A stretch of 64,000 nucleotides of DNA from Gemmatimonadota bacterium (lineage in GTDB: Bacteria; Gemmatimonadota; Gemmatimonadetes; Gemmatimonadales; GWC2-71-9). Position 1 is the stretch's first letter; every line of letters begins with the position of its first letter. The stretch lies in NCBI GenBank assembly GCA_039588295.1, contig JBDHAB010000007.1, positions 10,829 through 74,828 of the forward strand, written 5' to 3'. Position numbers and translations under genes: made by a program. Below, piece by piece: positions 15,722-24,956 of the stretch. The notes below the pieces were generated by a model. It was not told the origin of the DNA and did not search any database. It saw only the letters and a list, made by a program, of their open reading frames with translations.

Positions 15722-15979
15722 CGTGTGGAGTCGCGCCCGCTCAATGCTGCGTGCCGCGGCCTGCAACGTCAAGCGCGGAACGCGCCGCGGGCGGCGTATC
15801 GTCAGCGCCACGTCCCATAGCACCAAGAAGAGCGCTGCCGCGATGCTTTGCTGGGGGCCGCGGCAGGCCAACTGTCCGTGCCCGGAGGTAGATCCGCGTG
15901 GGGACCTTCGCCACGGCGGTAGGCCCGTCCCACTGACGTATCTCGTTTTGTGATAATAGGTTATGGTCTTGAAGGGCTG

Positions 15980-17242
15980 CTACTCGTATCGCAGCGACTC
16001 GATCGGATCCACGGCGGCGGCCCGCCGCGCGGGTAGAATGCCGGCGGCCAGGCCGATCATCACCAAGATCGACACGCAGATCAACGCGATGGGCCAGGAG
16101 AGGGTCGGGTTCGCGATGTACTGCATCGCCTGGTCCTCGTTCGGAATCGCGTTGATGAGCGCCACCACGGCAGCCGAGAAGCTCAGCCCGATAGCGCCCC
16201 CGGTGAGCGCGATAAGCACGGCCTCGAACACAAACTGCGCCATGATGTGGGGCTTGCGAGCGCCGACTGCGAGCTTGATGCCGATCTCGTGGGTGCGCTC
16301 TCTCACCACGACGTACATGATGTTCGCCACCCCGACGCCTGCGACCAGCAAGGTGAACACCCCGACCAGCCCCAAGAAGATCTGAATCCCCAGGCCAATC
16401 GTGTCGACCATCTTCTGGTCTTCGATGAAGTCCCACATCGGTAACGCACGGTCGTCGTCGGGTGCGAACCGGTACCGTCGCCCGAGCACGCGGAACAGCC
16501 CGCGCTTCACTTGCTCGGCCTCACTCACGTCGCGGGGACGGATGAGCAGATGGCTGACGAATCGATGTCCGTAGATCGTCCGCAGCGTCGATGCGGGGAT
16601 GATCGCGCGATCCTCGTCGGGCCCGTTGTTGCTGGAGTCCTGAAACTTGGGCTGCATGACGCCGATCACGGTGAATGGGAGCCCGTCGAGCAGGACGGTT
16701 TCCCCGACCGGATCCACATCTCCGAAGAGCTGCTTGGCGATGGCGTTCCCGAGAAACAGCACGCGTCGCCGGCGGTCCATGTCGTCTTGGTTGAGGAATC
16801 TGCCCCCGGCTGCGGGGAACACGCGGCGCATTTCCAGGAACTCGGGAGCCACTCCCTCCATATAAGTCGTGGTCTTGTTGTCACCCCACTTGAGGCTCGT
16901 TCCCCATCGACCGTAGGATGGACTGCTCAACTCGATCTCGGGGATGGATCGCTTCAGGAGGAATAGGTCTGCCTCGCGCAGTCGAATCCGTCGACCGGTG
17001 GGAAGCCCTTCGAACTCCTTGCTCGTCGATCCTCCGTACACCATGAAGAGACGGTCGCCAGCATTCAGCAGCCCGGAGGAGATCGCGACCTTCAACCCTT
17101 CGCCGAACGACAGGAGGAGTACCACCGCGATCGTTCCCCAGGTGATGGCGAACATCGTGAGAAAGGTCCGTGTCTTCTGGGCCTTGAGATCGCCGATGAA
17201 CTCCTCGAAGAGGATCTTCCACATCGTCAGTACCGCAGACAC
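15980..17242 (-). CDS. MacB/FtsX-type ABC transporter permease
   Basis: N-terminal TM helix, a large periplasmic domain, and a C-terminal FtsX 3-helix bundle ending ...PARRAAAVDPIESLRYE. Overlaps the upstream paralogue by 16 nt. Confidence 0.85.
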   Translation of the reverse strand: MSAVLTMWKILFEEFIGDLKAQKTRTFLTMFAITWGTIAVVLLLSFGEGLKVAISSGLLNAGDRLFMVYGGSTSKEFEGLPTGRRIRLREADLFLLKRSIPEIELSSPSYGRWGTSLKWGDNKTTTYMEGVAPEFLEMRRVFPAAGGRFLNQDDMDRRRRVLFLGNAIAKQLFGDVDPVGETVLLDGLPFTVIGVMQPKFQDSSNNGPDEDRAIIPASTLRTIYGHRFVSHLLIRPRDVSEAEQVKRGLFRVLGRRYRFAPDDDRALPMWDFIEDQKMVDTIGLGIQIFLGLVGVFTLLVAGVGVANIMYVVVRERTHEIGIKLAVGARKPHIMAQFVFEAVLIALTGGAIGLSFSAAVVALINAIPNEDQAMQYIANPTLSWPIALICVSILVMIGLAAGILPARRAAAVDPIESLRYE

Positions 17243-18459
17243 TCAACGGGATCCAGGTTCGCCGCCTTGCGAGCCGGGAACAGGCCAGCCAGCAGTCCGA
17301 TCGCGCCCAACAGCGAGAGGGTCACAATGCCGACGACCGGTGAAATCGTCGGTGTTCCCACAAACTCCTGCATGGGCACGAAGCTCAGGAGCCACACGAT
17401 CCCCCAGGATCCGCCGAATCCCAGGATGGCTCCGAGTCCCACGATCAGAAACGTCTCCCCGATGAACTGCACCAAGATGTCCCGCCGCGTCGCTCCGACG
17501 GAGCGTCTGACGCCGATCTCCCGGGTGCGCTCCCGCACCACGATGTACATGATGTTCGCTACGCCGATTCCACCGACGGTGAGTGTGAAGCTCCCGACTA
17601 TCGCGAAAAAGATGTTGAACGCGAGAAACAAGTAACCGAATCGGACTTCCCACTCTGCGGTGTCCCATATCGACAGTGCGTCCTCGTCGTTCGGGTCGAA
17701 GGTATGCCGCCGGCCCAACACCTCGTACACACGCTGCTCGACCGATTTGGTGAGGTCGGAGCTCTTGGTTCGGTACACGAAGTTGTTCGCGAATCGGTCA
17801 CCGAAGATGGCTCGGTGCGTGGTGGCGGGGATGAAGACCCGGTCCTTGTCCCGACCGTTGTACGAGGAGTTCTGAGTTTTCGGTCGCATGACCCCGACGA
17901 CCGTGAATGGTGTTTCGCCGACGAAGACCTGCTGCCCTACGGGAGTCTCGTCCGCAAACAGGAACTGCGCGAGCTCGTCGCCCAGCACAGCCACACGGCG
18001 CCGATCTGTGACATCCCGCTCGTTGATGAACCTCCCCCCGAGTTCCGGAATCACGTTCCGCATCAGCCCATAGACCGGGAGTATCCCCGTGATGTTAGGG
18101 TTGGCCGTTGCGGTCCCTCTGCGCACCGGGGTTTGGCGGTTGGTGTATTCGGGGCTGATCAGGACAATGTCGGAGATCTCCCGCGTAAGCAGCTCGGCGT
18201 CTTCAGGCCGGAGGCGGATGTAGCGCCCCTCGGGGAACCCGCGGTAGCTCACGGTGGTGCGGCCGCCGAAGAGAATGACGATGCGGTCGCCCAGCCCGTG
18301 GAATCGCTTGCGGGTCTGGCGCTCGAGGCCGACGCCGAACGCGAGCAACACCACAACGGCAATCGTGCCCCACGCGATCCCCAGCACAGTGAGCGCAGTG
18401 CGGAGCCGCTGGTTGCGCAGGTCGGCGATGAATTCCCGGAGGAGACTCCGCAGCTGCAT
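17227..18459 (-). CDS. MacB/FtsX-type ABC transporter permease (paralogue)
   Basis: Same architecture as the downstream permease, ending ...PARKAANLDPVECLRY. Confidence 0.85.
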   Translation of the reverse strand: MQLRSLLREFIADLRNQRLRTALTVLGIAWGTIAVVVLLAFGVGLERQTRKRFHGLGDRIVILFGGRTTVSYRGFPEGRYIRLRPEDAELLTREISDIVLISPEYTNRQTPVRRGTATANPNITGILPVYGLMRNVIPELGGRFINERDVTDRRRVAVLGDELAQFLFADETPVGQQVFVGETPFTVVGVMRPKTQNSSYNGRDKDRVFIPATTHRAIFGDRFANNFVYRTKSSDLTKSVEQRVYEVLGRRHTFDPNDEDALSIWDTAEWEVRFGYLFLAFNIFFAIVGSFTLTVGGIGVANIMYIVVRERTREIGVRRSVGATRRDILVQFIGETFLIVGLGAILGFGGSWGIVWLLSFVPMQEFVGTPTISPVVGIVTLSLLGAIGLLAGLFPARKAANLDPVECLRY

Positions 18460-18464
18460 CGGCC

Positions 18465-19562
18465 TCAGCTGATCTCGCGCGGCGGCGGCTCTACGATCAA
18501 CTCGCCCTCACGGAGACCTGCGATGATCTCGATGTTGATCGCGTCACTCAAGCCACGCTCGATGACCCGCTCCTCCGTGCTCCCGTCGGGGAGCAGCACG
18601 GTGACCCGCGCGGTGTCATCGGTGACGGTAATCAGCCGCTCGGGAATCGCGAGTACACTGTCGCGCCGTTCGATGATCACGTCGGCGTTTGCCGAATACC
18701 CTGCCCGGAGGACACTCCCGTGGGTCGCGGTGAGCGTGATCTCCACCGGAAAGACGGTAGAGTTGTCCTCCGTGCGCGCTTTGAGTGAGATCCGCGTCAG
18801 CCGCCCCTCGACCGCTGCGTCGGGGAGCGCCCCAACCTTGATCTCCACCAGCATGCCTTCCTGCAGGCGACCGACGTCGATCTCGTCCACTGTGCCTCGG
18901 AACACCAGCCTGTTCATCTCGGCCATGGTGATGAGCACGGTGCCTTCCTGATACGTACTCAGCGGAACGACGGGATCGCCGACTTGGACCATCTGCTCGA
19001 GAATGAATCCCTTGATCGGCGATCGGATCACCGTCTCCAGCTCATCATCGGCGACGGTGAGTTTCCCCTCTTCCAGAAGCGACAGGCGCTCACGTGCCAT
19101 CTGGAGCTGGATCTGCTGCTCCGCGTGTTGCTGCTCGGTGTCCTGGTAGTCACGGTCGGAGACGAGACCTTGTTCCTTGAGCGCCCGCTGTCGCTCGAGA
19201 TCACGTCCGAGATTGTCGAGTTCGATCTGGCGCAACTCGAGCTGCCGCCTCGCATCCGCGAGCTCGAGCGGGGTGGGATTTGGCTTGATCTCGAGGAGGG
19301 GTGCACCGGCATTCACGAAGTCGCCTTCCTCGGCGAGCAGACGGCCGACGACACCCGAAATCTGGGATTTGACACTGATCTCGATTTCCGGCTGGATGCG
19401 GCCAACGGCGAGTGCCTTGTCCACAATCGTCTGGCGCTCGACGGCAATGGTGGTGGTGTCTTCTCCCCGCCCGCTCCCGCGCGATGCGCTGACGGCGAGT
19501 GCGAGCCCGGCTATGACGACGACACCGAGGCTGACAACGACGATCTTCGTGCGACGCTTCAT
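18465..19562 (-). CDS. Periplasmic adaptor (membrane-fusion protein, MacA/HlyD-like)
   Basis: N-terminal anchor, lipoyl-like halves flanking a coiled-coil hairpin (RRQLELRQIELDN...LQMARERLSLLEEG), and a beta-barrel C-terminal part. Confidence 0.85.
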   Translation of the reverse strand: MKRRTKIVVVSLGVVVIAGLALAVSASRGSGRGEDTTTIAVERQTIVDKALAVGRIQPEIEISVKSQISGVVGRLLAEEGDFVNAGAPLLEIKPNPTPLELADARRQLELRQIELDNLGRDLERQRALKEQGLVSDRDYQDTEQQHAEQQIQLQMARERLSLLEEGKLTVADDELETVIRSPIKGFILEQMVQVGDPVVPLSTYQEGTVLITMAEMNRLVFRGTVDEIDVGRLQEGMLVEIKVGALPDAAVEGRLTRISLKARTEDNSTVFPVEITLTATHGSVLRAGYSANADVIIERRDSVLAIPERLITVTDDTARVTVLLPDGSTEERVIERGLSDAINIEIIAGLREGELIVEPPPREIS

Positions 19563-19698
19563 GATTGGAGTCCTTCACGGTGCGGGATCGACTGGGCGCG
19601 TCGAACGGTTGACGCGGCCGGCAAGATCACTACGGGGTCCTGGGGAACCCGGTTTCGGCGGGAGTGGACGCCGCGGCGTCGGACACTAGGTTCCGATC

Positions 19699-20202
19699 AT
19701 GCCGCGACCGGACGACCTTCTCATCGAAGCCGCGAGCCCGGACGACCTGGAGCCGGTCAAGCGCCTCGTGCGACGGTCGGACTTGCCCCTCGAAGGGCTT
19801 GACGAGCTGGTCGCGACGTTGATCGTGGCCCGACAGCACGGGGCCGTGGTTGGCTGCGCGGCGCTTGAGCTCTTCGGACTGGCGGCATTGCTGCGCTCGG
19901 TGGCGGTCGACGAGGCCGCTCGCGGACACGGCGTCGGAATCGCGGTGACCGAGGCCGCACTCGCATCGGCGGGGAGCCATGGCTGTCAGCGGATCTACCT
20001 CTTGACCGAATCCGCCGAGCACTTCTTTTCGCGATTCGGCTTTCGTCGGATCTCCCGGTGGGATGTCGAGGCTGCCGTGCAGCAGTCGCTGGAGTTCACG
20101 ACGCTCTGTCCTGAGAGCGCCGTGGTGATGTGCTGCGAAATAAACGAGGCCCCAGCGAACTCGCCGGGGCCCTCGAATCGGCCGCCCTCAACCGCTCGCT
20201 AG
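19699..20202 (+). CDS. GNAT N-acetyltransferase (ArsN2/ArgA-like)
   Basis: Acetyl-CoA binding core LRSVAVDEAARGHGVGIAV. Size and C-terminal FGF..I pattern fit small GNATs. Confidence 0.7.
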   Translation: MPRPDDLLIEAASPDDLEPVKRLVRRSDLPLEGLDELVATLIVARQHGAVVGCAALELFGLAALLRSVAVDEAARGHGVGIAVTEAALASAGSHGCQRIYLLTESAEHFFSRFGFRRISRWDVEAAVQQSLEFTTLCPESAVVMCCEINEAPANSPGPSNRPPSTAR

Positions 20203-20471
20203 GCGCCTCGCCCCTGTGCCACCTGCCGCTCAACTCCGCCCTCGAAGTACTTGTGGTTCTTCTCGATGTACTCCTGCCACTCCTCGGGCACGTCCTCCTC
20301 GGGGAAGATGGCGCTCACCGGACACTCGGGCTCGCACGCACCGCAGTCGATGCATTCGTCCGGGTGGATGTAGAGCTGGTCTTCACCTTCGTATATGCAG
20401 TCTACCGGACAGACATCGACACACCCGCGATCCAACGTCCCGATGCACGGTTGGGCAATGATGTAGGTCAT
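20199..20471 (-). CDS. Ferredoxin (FdxA-like, [3Fe-4S][4Fe-4S] type)
   Basis: MTYIIAQPCIG..D..CVDVCPVDCIYEG...HPDECIDCGACEPECPVSAI is the classical 7Fe ferredoxin pattern. Confidence 0.9.
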   Translation of the reverse strand: MTYIIAQPCIGTLDRGCVDVCPVDCIYEGEDQLYIHPDECIDCGACEPECPVSAIFPEEDVPEEWQEYIEKNHKYFEGGVERQVAQGRGA

Positions 20472-20588
20472 AGCTTGTCGTCTCCACGAACGGTTACGTG
20501 CCGGTGACGGCTGGAATGTCTAACGCGGTTGACGGACATGTCAAGCGGCTTGCCGCCGTCCTTCAGCGGCAGTAATCATCCACCCGAC

Positions 20589-21512
20589 ATGAAGATCGCA
20601 TCGCTCCTGGCCAGCGCCACCGAAATCGTCTACGCCCTGGGACTGGGTGACCAGCTCGTCGCCATCTCCCATGAATGTGACTTTCCACCCGAGGCGATGG
20701 GGAAACCCCGAGTCAGCAGCCCGCGGTTCGATCCGGCCGAGATGTCGAGCGGCGAGATCGATCGGGCCGTGCGCGACGCGATGGCGCGGTTCGGCAGCGT
20801 GTACGCGCTCGACGCGGACGCGCTCCGGCAGCTGCGTCCTGACTTGATTGTCGCCCAAGCCGTCTGTGAGGTGTGCGCGGTGCCGACGTCGCTGGCCGAG
20901 CGCGCCGCGTCGCTCCTTGGCCCCGGGACCTCCGTAGTGTCCTTGGACTCGCATACGATTGAGGACATTCTGGAAGGCGTACGCGCGGTCGGGACCGCCG
21001 CCGGAGTCATCGAGCGCGCCAAGTCCCTGGTGGACGCCCTTCGCGCGCGTCTCGCGGCGGTGACGAATCGCGTACACGATGCTCCCAGGCCGACGGTCCT
21101 GGCGCTGGAATGGCTGGACCCGCCGTTCACTCCGGGACACTGGACACCCGAAATGGTGGCTATGGCGGGTGGTGAAGGACGGCTCATGGAAGTTGGTGTG
21201 CCCTCGAAGCAGCGGTCCTGGTCCGAGGTTTCGAACCTCGACCCGGACGTGTTGCTGCTCATGCCATGCGGATACGGGCTGGCGGCGGCCCGGGCCGACG
21301 CGGATGTCCACGTGGATCAGCTCCGGCAGATTGCCCCACGAGCGATCGGTGCGGGTCGGGCGTTCGTCGTGGATGGGTCGGCGTACTTCAATCGGTCGGG
21401 CCCACGCATGGTTGACGGGGTAGAGATTCTCGGTCGCCTACTTCATCCCGACCGGTTTCCCGAGGTAGAATTGGCAGGTCGTGCGCAGGTCTGGGACCCT
21501 GCTCCACGCTGA
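20589..21512 (+). CDS. BtuF/class-8 periplasmic-binding-protein-fold protein without an obvious signal peptide
   Basis: MKIASLLASATEIVYALGLGDQLVAISHECDFP and PDLIVAQ motifs are typical of cobalamin/siderophore-type binding proteins. No N-terminal hydrophobic signal follows ATG 20589. Confidence 0.6.
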   Translation: MKIASLLASATEIVYALGLGDQLVAISHECDFPPEAMGKPRVSSPRFDPAEMSSGEIDRAVRDAMARFGSVYALDADALRQLRPDLIVAQAVCEVCAVPTSLAERAASLLGPGTSVVSLDSHTIEDILEGVRAVGTAAGVIERAKSLVDALRARLAAVTNRVHDAPRPTVLALEWLDPPFTPGHWTPEMVAMAGGEGRLMEVGVPSKQRSWSEVSNLDPDVLLLMPCGYGLAAARADADVHVDQLRQIAPRAIGAGRAFVVDGSAYFNRSGPRMVDGVEILGRLLHPDRFPEVELAGRAQVWDPAPR

Positions 21513-21601
21513 GCCGACACGCGCCGGCCGTGCAGGGCACGGGTGACGGGAGTACTGTCCCGATCGGTCGGCGTCATTCCCGAGTCGCGAGGTGATACCC
21601 C

Positions 21602-22024
21602 ATGCGGTATAGTCCGCTTCTTGTTCAGCCGATGAGGGAAGAACTCACACGGCTGGGGTTCGAGGAACTCAAGACACCTGATGAGGTGGACGCCGCCCTG
21701 GACGGTGCCGAGGGTACCGTCCTTCTGGTGGTCAACTCGGTATGCGGTTGCGCGGCCGGGAAGGCCCGCCCTGGCGTTGCCCGTGCGCTGGGCCACCGAA
21801 CGGTGCCGAACCGTCTGGTGACGGTCTTCGCCGGCATGGAACTCGATGCCACCGAGCGCGCGCGCAGCTACTTCGAAGCGTACGGACCCTCATCGCCCCA
21901 GATCGTGCTGTTCAAGTCCGGCCAGCCGGTCCACATGCTGGAGCGAGGCGACATCGAGGGGCGGGAGGCGGTGGAGATTGCCGCCGATCTCACGGCGGCG
22001 TTTGACCGTCACTGCGGGCGCTGA
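21602..22024 (+). CDS. Bacilliredoxin (BrxA/BrxB, DUF1094 family)
   Basis: MRYSPLLVQPMREELT..GF.EL.T..EVD, then LLVVNSVCGCAAG (CGC active site) and the family-typical length (140 aa). Confidence 0.8.
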   Translation: MRYSPLLVQPMREELTRLGFEELKTPDEVDAALDGAEGTVLLVVNSVCGCAAGKARPGVARALGHRTVPNRLVTVFAGMELDATERARSYFEAYGPSSPQIVLFKSGQPVHMLERGDIEGREAVEIAADLTAAFDRHCGR

Positions 22025-22054
22025 TCCTCGCATGACGGCGCGGAGTCGCACGTC

Positions 22055-22774
22055 GTGATCCTGCTCGACCCCTACGCTCGTCCCGTGGTCGGTCACCGCG
22101 GTGCCTCGGGAGAGTGTCCCGAAAACACGCTCTTGGCGTTTGACCGCGCGCTCGAGGAGGGTGCGGACGCCTTGGAGCTGGACGTGCGGGCGTCGGCGGA
22201 CGGTACGGCGGTCGTGATTCACGATCCAACCGTGGACCGGACGACGAGTGGGGCCGGCCCGGTCAGCGCGCACACGCTCGCCGACCTGCGGGCGCTCGAT
22301 GCGGGGCGGGGTCAGCGGATCCCCACGTTGGACGAGGTGCTCGAACGGTATCCCGATACCCCGCTGATTCTGGAGATCAAGGAATCGGAGGTGGCCGAAG
22401 CCGCCGCGCGGAGCCTCACCCGCCACGGTGCCATTGATCGTGTGCTGGTCGGCTCGTTCCTTCACGCGGCGCTCCGGCCCTTCCGCGCATCCATCTTTCA
22501 TCGCTCGGCTTCGCGCCGTGAGACGGCGTCGTGCTGGGCGGCGTCGCGGCTCGGGATCTCGCTGCGGCTTCGGGCGATCGAGGCGTTCGCCGTTCCCGAA
22601 CGCCACGGATCGCTCACGGTGGTCGATGATGCCTTCGTGCGATCGGCCCGCCGCCGCGGCCGGCCGGTGCACGTCTGGACGGTCAACGAGCCCGGTGAGG
22701 CGAAGAGGCTGCGCTCGCTGGGCGTGGCCGGTATCATTACCAACTACCCCGCGCGCATGCGTGGGCTCACCTGA
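22055..22774 (+). CDS. Glycerophosphodiester phosphodiesterase
   Basis: HRGASGECPENTLLAF, ELDVRASADG..VVIHD and EIK motifs of GDPD. Confidence 0.85.
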   Translation: MILLDPYARPVVGHRGASGECPENTLLAFDRALEEGADALELDVRASADGTAVVIHDPTVDRTTSGAGPVSAHTLADLRALDAGRGQRIPTLDEVLERYPDTPLILEIKESEVAEAAARSLTRHGAIDRVLVGSFLHAALRPFRASIFHRSASRRETASCWAASRLGISLRLRAIEAFAVPERHGSLTVVDDAFVRSARRRGRPVHVWTVNEPGEAKRLRSLGVAGIITNYPARMRGLT

Positions 22775-22789
22775 ACTGATCGAGGGACC

Positions 22790-24085
22790 ATGGGCCGAGT
22801 ACGCCTCCCACATCACGGAATTCGGGCAAGCGTCGTTGCGGTCATGCTCTGTGCGGCACCCGCAGCAGCGTTAGCCCAGCAGGGGCCGCGGTGCGCGCCG
22901 GACAACGCGGGACTCACCCTTCCACAGGGCTTTTGCGCATTGGTGGTCGCCGACGGGCTGGTTCGGGCCCGCCACCTTACGGTCGCCCCGAACGGCGACG
23001 TGTTTGTTGCTATCGGAGCGAGCCGGCAAGCATCCGGCGGGGTCGTCGCGCTTCGTGATACGACGGGTGACGGCGTGGCCGACGTGCAGGTGCGGTTCGG
23101 GTCGGGTGCGGGAGACGACGTCGAGTTTCGCGGTCGCTATCTCTACTACGCGACCAACAACAGCATACAGCGCTACCCCTGGCGTCAGGGCAAGCTCGAG
23201 CCCGATGGTCCCGCCGAGACCGTCGTGCGCGACCTCCCGGCAGTACGGAGCCACAGGGCCAAGAGCATGGCTTTCGCCACGGCCGGTGCGCTGTATGTAA
23301 ACGTCGGTTCGCCGTCGAACGCGTGTCAGGTTGATGATCGCACCGCAGGAGCTCGGGGCAAAGATCCGTGCGACGAGCTCGGGACGCGCGCGGGTATCTG
23401 GTTGTTCGACGCCGATCGGCTGGATCAGCGGCAGGCCGATGGCCGCCGGTACTCAACCGGCTTGCGCAACACGGTGGCGCTCGCCACGCGCCCGCAGGAC
23501 GGAATGCTCTACGGTGTGGTCCATGGCCGCGATCAACTCTCCGGACTTTGGCCCGATCGCTTCACAGACGCTCAGAGTGCCGAGAAGCCCGCCGAGGAGT
23601 TCGTGCGGATTCGTGAGGGCGACGATTTCGGGTGGCCGTATTGCTACTATGATCCCGAAACTCGGGAGAAGGTCCTGGCACCGGAATACGGTGGTGACGG
23701 CAAGATCGTGGGGCGATGTGAGGGAAAGTCGGACCCGTTGATTGGGTTCCCGGCCCACTGGGCGCCAAACGGGCTCCACTTCTACTCGGGCCCGCAGTTT
23801 CCGGAGCGCTTCCTGGGCGGGGCCTTTATTGCGTTCCATGGTTCGTGGAACCGCGCGCCGCTCCCACAGGGTGGTTACAAAGTTGTGTTTGTGCCATTCG
23901 CCGATGACGAGCCGAGTGGCGAGTGGGAGGTTTTTGCCGACGGGTTCGCCGGGGCCGACGTGAGCCCACGCGGTGCGGCACACCGCCCCGTGGGAATCGC
24001 CGAAGGACCGGACGGCTCGCTGTACGTGAGTGATGACGGCGGCGGGCGGATCTATCGCATTCTCGCTGTACCTCAAAGCCGCTGA
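22790..24085 (+). CDS. Secreted PQQ-dependent sugar (sorbosone/glucose) dehydrogenase-like beta-propeller
   Basis: Signal peptide. Repeated propeller-blade motifs (GLRNTVALA, HGRDQL, HRPVGIAEGPDGSLYVSDD). Confidence 0.6.
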   Translation: MGRVRLPHHGIRASVVAVMLCAAPAAALAQQGPRCAPDNAGLTLPQGFCALVVADGLVRARHLTVAPNGDVFVAIGASRQASGGVVALRDTTGDGVADVQVRFGSGAGDDVEFRGRYLYYATNNSIQRYPWRQGKLEPDGPAETVVRDLPAVRSHRAKSMAFATAGALYVNVGSPSNACQVDDRTAGARGKDPCDELGTRAGIWLFDADRLDQRQADGRRYSTGLRNTVALATRPQDGMLYGVVHGRDQLSGLWPDRFTDAQSAEKPAEEFVRIREGDDFGWPYCYYDPETREKVLAPEYGGDGKIVGRCEGKSDPLIGFPAHWAPNGLHFYSGPQFPERFLGGAFIAFHGSWNRAPLPQGGYKVVFVPFADDEPSGEWEVFADGFAGADVSPRGAAHRPVGIAEGPDGSLYVSDDGGGRIYRILAVPQSR

Positions 24086-24124
24086 GGAGGGGATACGGAA
24101 CTCCAGGACCTCGTCTTACTGGGA

Positions 24125-24910
24125 GTGATGGTGGTCGCCGTGGCGGCCCTCGTCGCTGTGCGCCGAGCGTTGCGCGCTCTGCCGATAGATCGTCTGGAAC
24201 AACTGGCGCAAAAGGCCGAGCAGGTCATCGAGTCCAGCGGCCCGACCTCGGAGCTGGTGACCGCGTGGGCGCAGTTCGTACGCGATCACGTTACCGACGC
24301 CGTGAACGGTCTGAACAACCGTCTGAACGCGATTCACCATTGGTCGAGAGGGCTGCAGAGCGGCAAGTTGAACGAGGAGCAGCAGAACGCGGTGGAGCGG
24401 ATCGGGACGGAAGTCGAGCGGGCGACGAACATCACCAGTTCCCTGGTTCACCGAGTAACCGCGGATGCGCCGAATATCCCGCCTCCAGCCTGGCACGTTC
24501 TGCATGGCGAGGTGCCGAAACCGTCGAGCGTGCTCGTCGTGGACTCCGACGACAGCAACCGCGCGGTCGTCACGATGCTGCTGCGGGGGCTGGGGCACGA
24601 CGTGACACCGGTCGCGAATGGGCGGGAAGCGTGGGACTTTCTCGCGAGGCGGTCGGTCGACTGTATCCTGTGTGACGTACGGATGCCGGCCCTCGGCGGG
24701 CGAACGCTGTATGAGCAGGTCGAAGAGCAGATGCCACAACTTGCCAGGCGCTTCGTGTTCGTGACCGGTGATTTCGCGCGACCGGAATCGTACGAGTTCT
24801 TGTTGCAGTCTGGACAACCGGTGGTGGGAAAGCCCTACGAGCTGGACACGCTGCTGTCTGCCATCGCTGCGGTCCTCTCCACCATGGGATCCGTTAGGCG
24901 CGACTCTTAG
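24125..24910 (+). CDS. DHp-like helical domain fused to a response-regulator receiver domain (no kinase ATPase domain)
   Basis: C-terminal REC: VLVVDSDDSN...DCILCDVRMPALGG...FVFVTG...KP. The N-terminal ~130 aa resemble a HisKA/DHp hairpin (RDHVTDAVNGLNNRLNAI...LNEEQQNAVERIGTEVERATNITSSL). Confidence 0.7.
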   Translation: MMVVAVAALVAVRRALRALPIDRLEQLAQKAEQVIESSGPTSELVTAWAQFVRDHVTDAVNGLNNRLNAIHHWSRGLQSGKLNEEQQNAVERIGTEVERATNITSSLVHRVTADAPNIPPPAWHVLHGEVPKPSSVLVVDSDDSNRAVVTMLLRGLGHDVTPVANGREAWDFLARRSVDCILCDVRMPALGGRTLYEQVEEQMPQLARRFVFVTGDFARPESYEFLLQSGQPVVGKPYELDTLLSAIAAVLSTMGSVRRDS

Positions 24911-24956
24911 CTACACAGTGGTTGAATGCGGCTGAGGGAGCTGCCGGACGTTCTGA

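Noticed and set aside
15722-15979. 258-nt gap between the efflux operon and udk, checked for a tRNA/small RNA or clear promoter
   Set aside because: No cloverleaf-compatible arms or convincing -35/-10 pair were found by eye. The region has only a short AT-rich patch (15944-15965), which is insufficient evidence for a feature.
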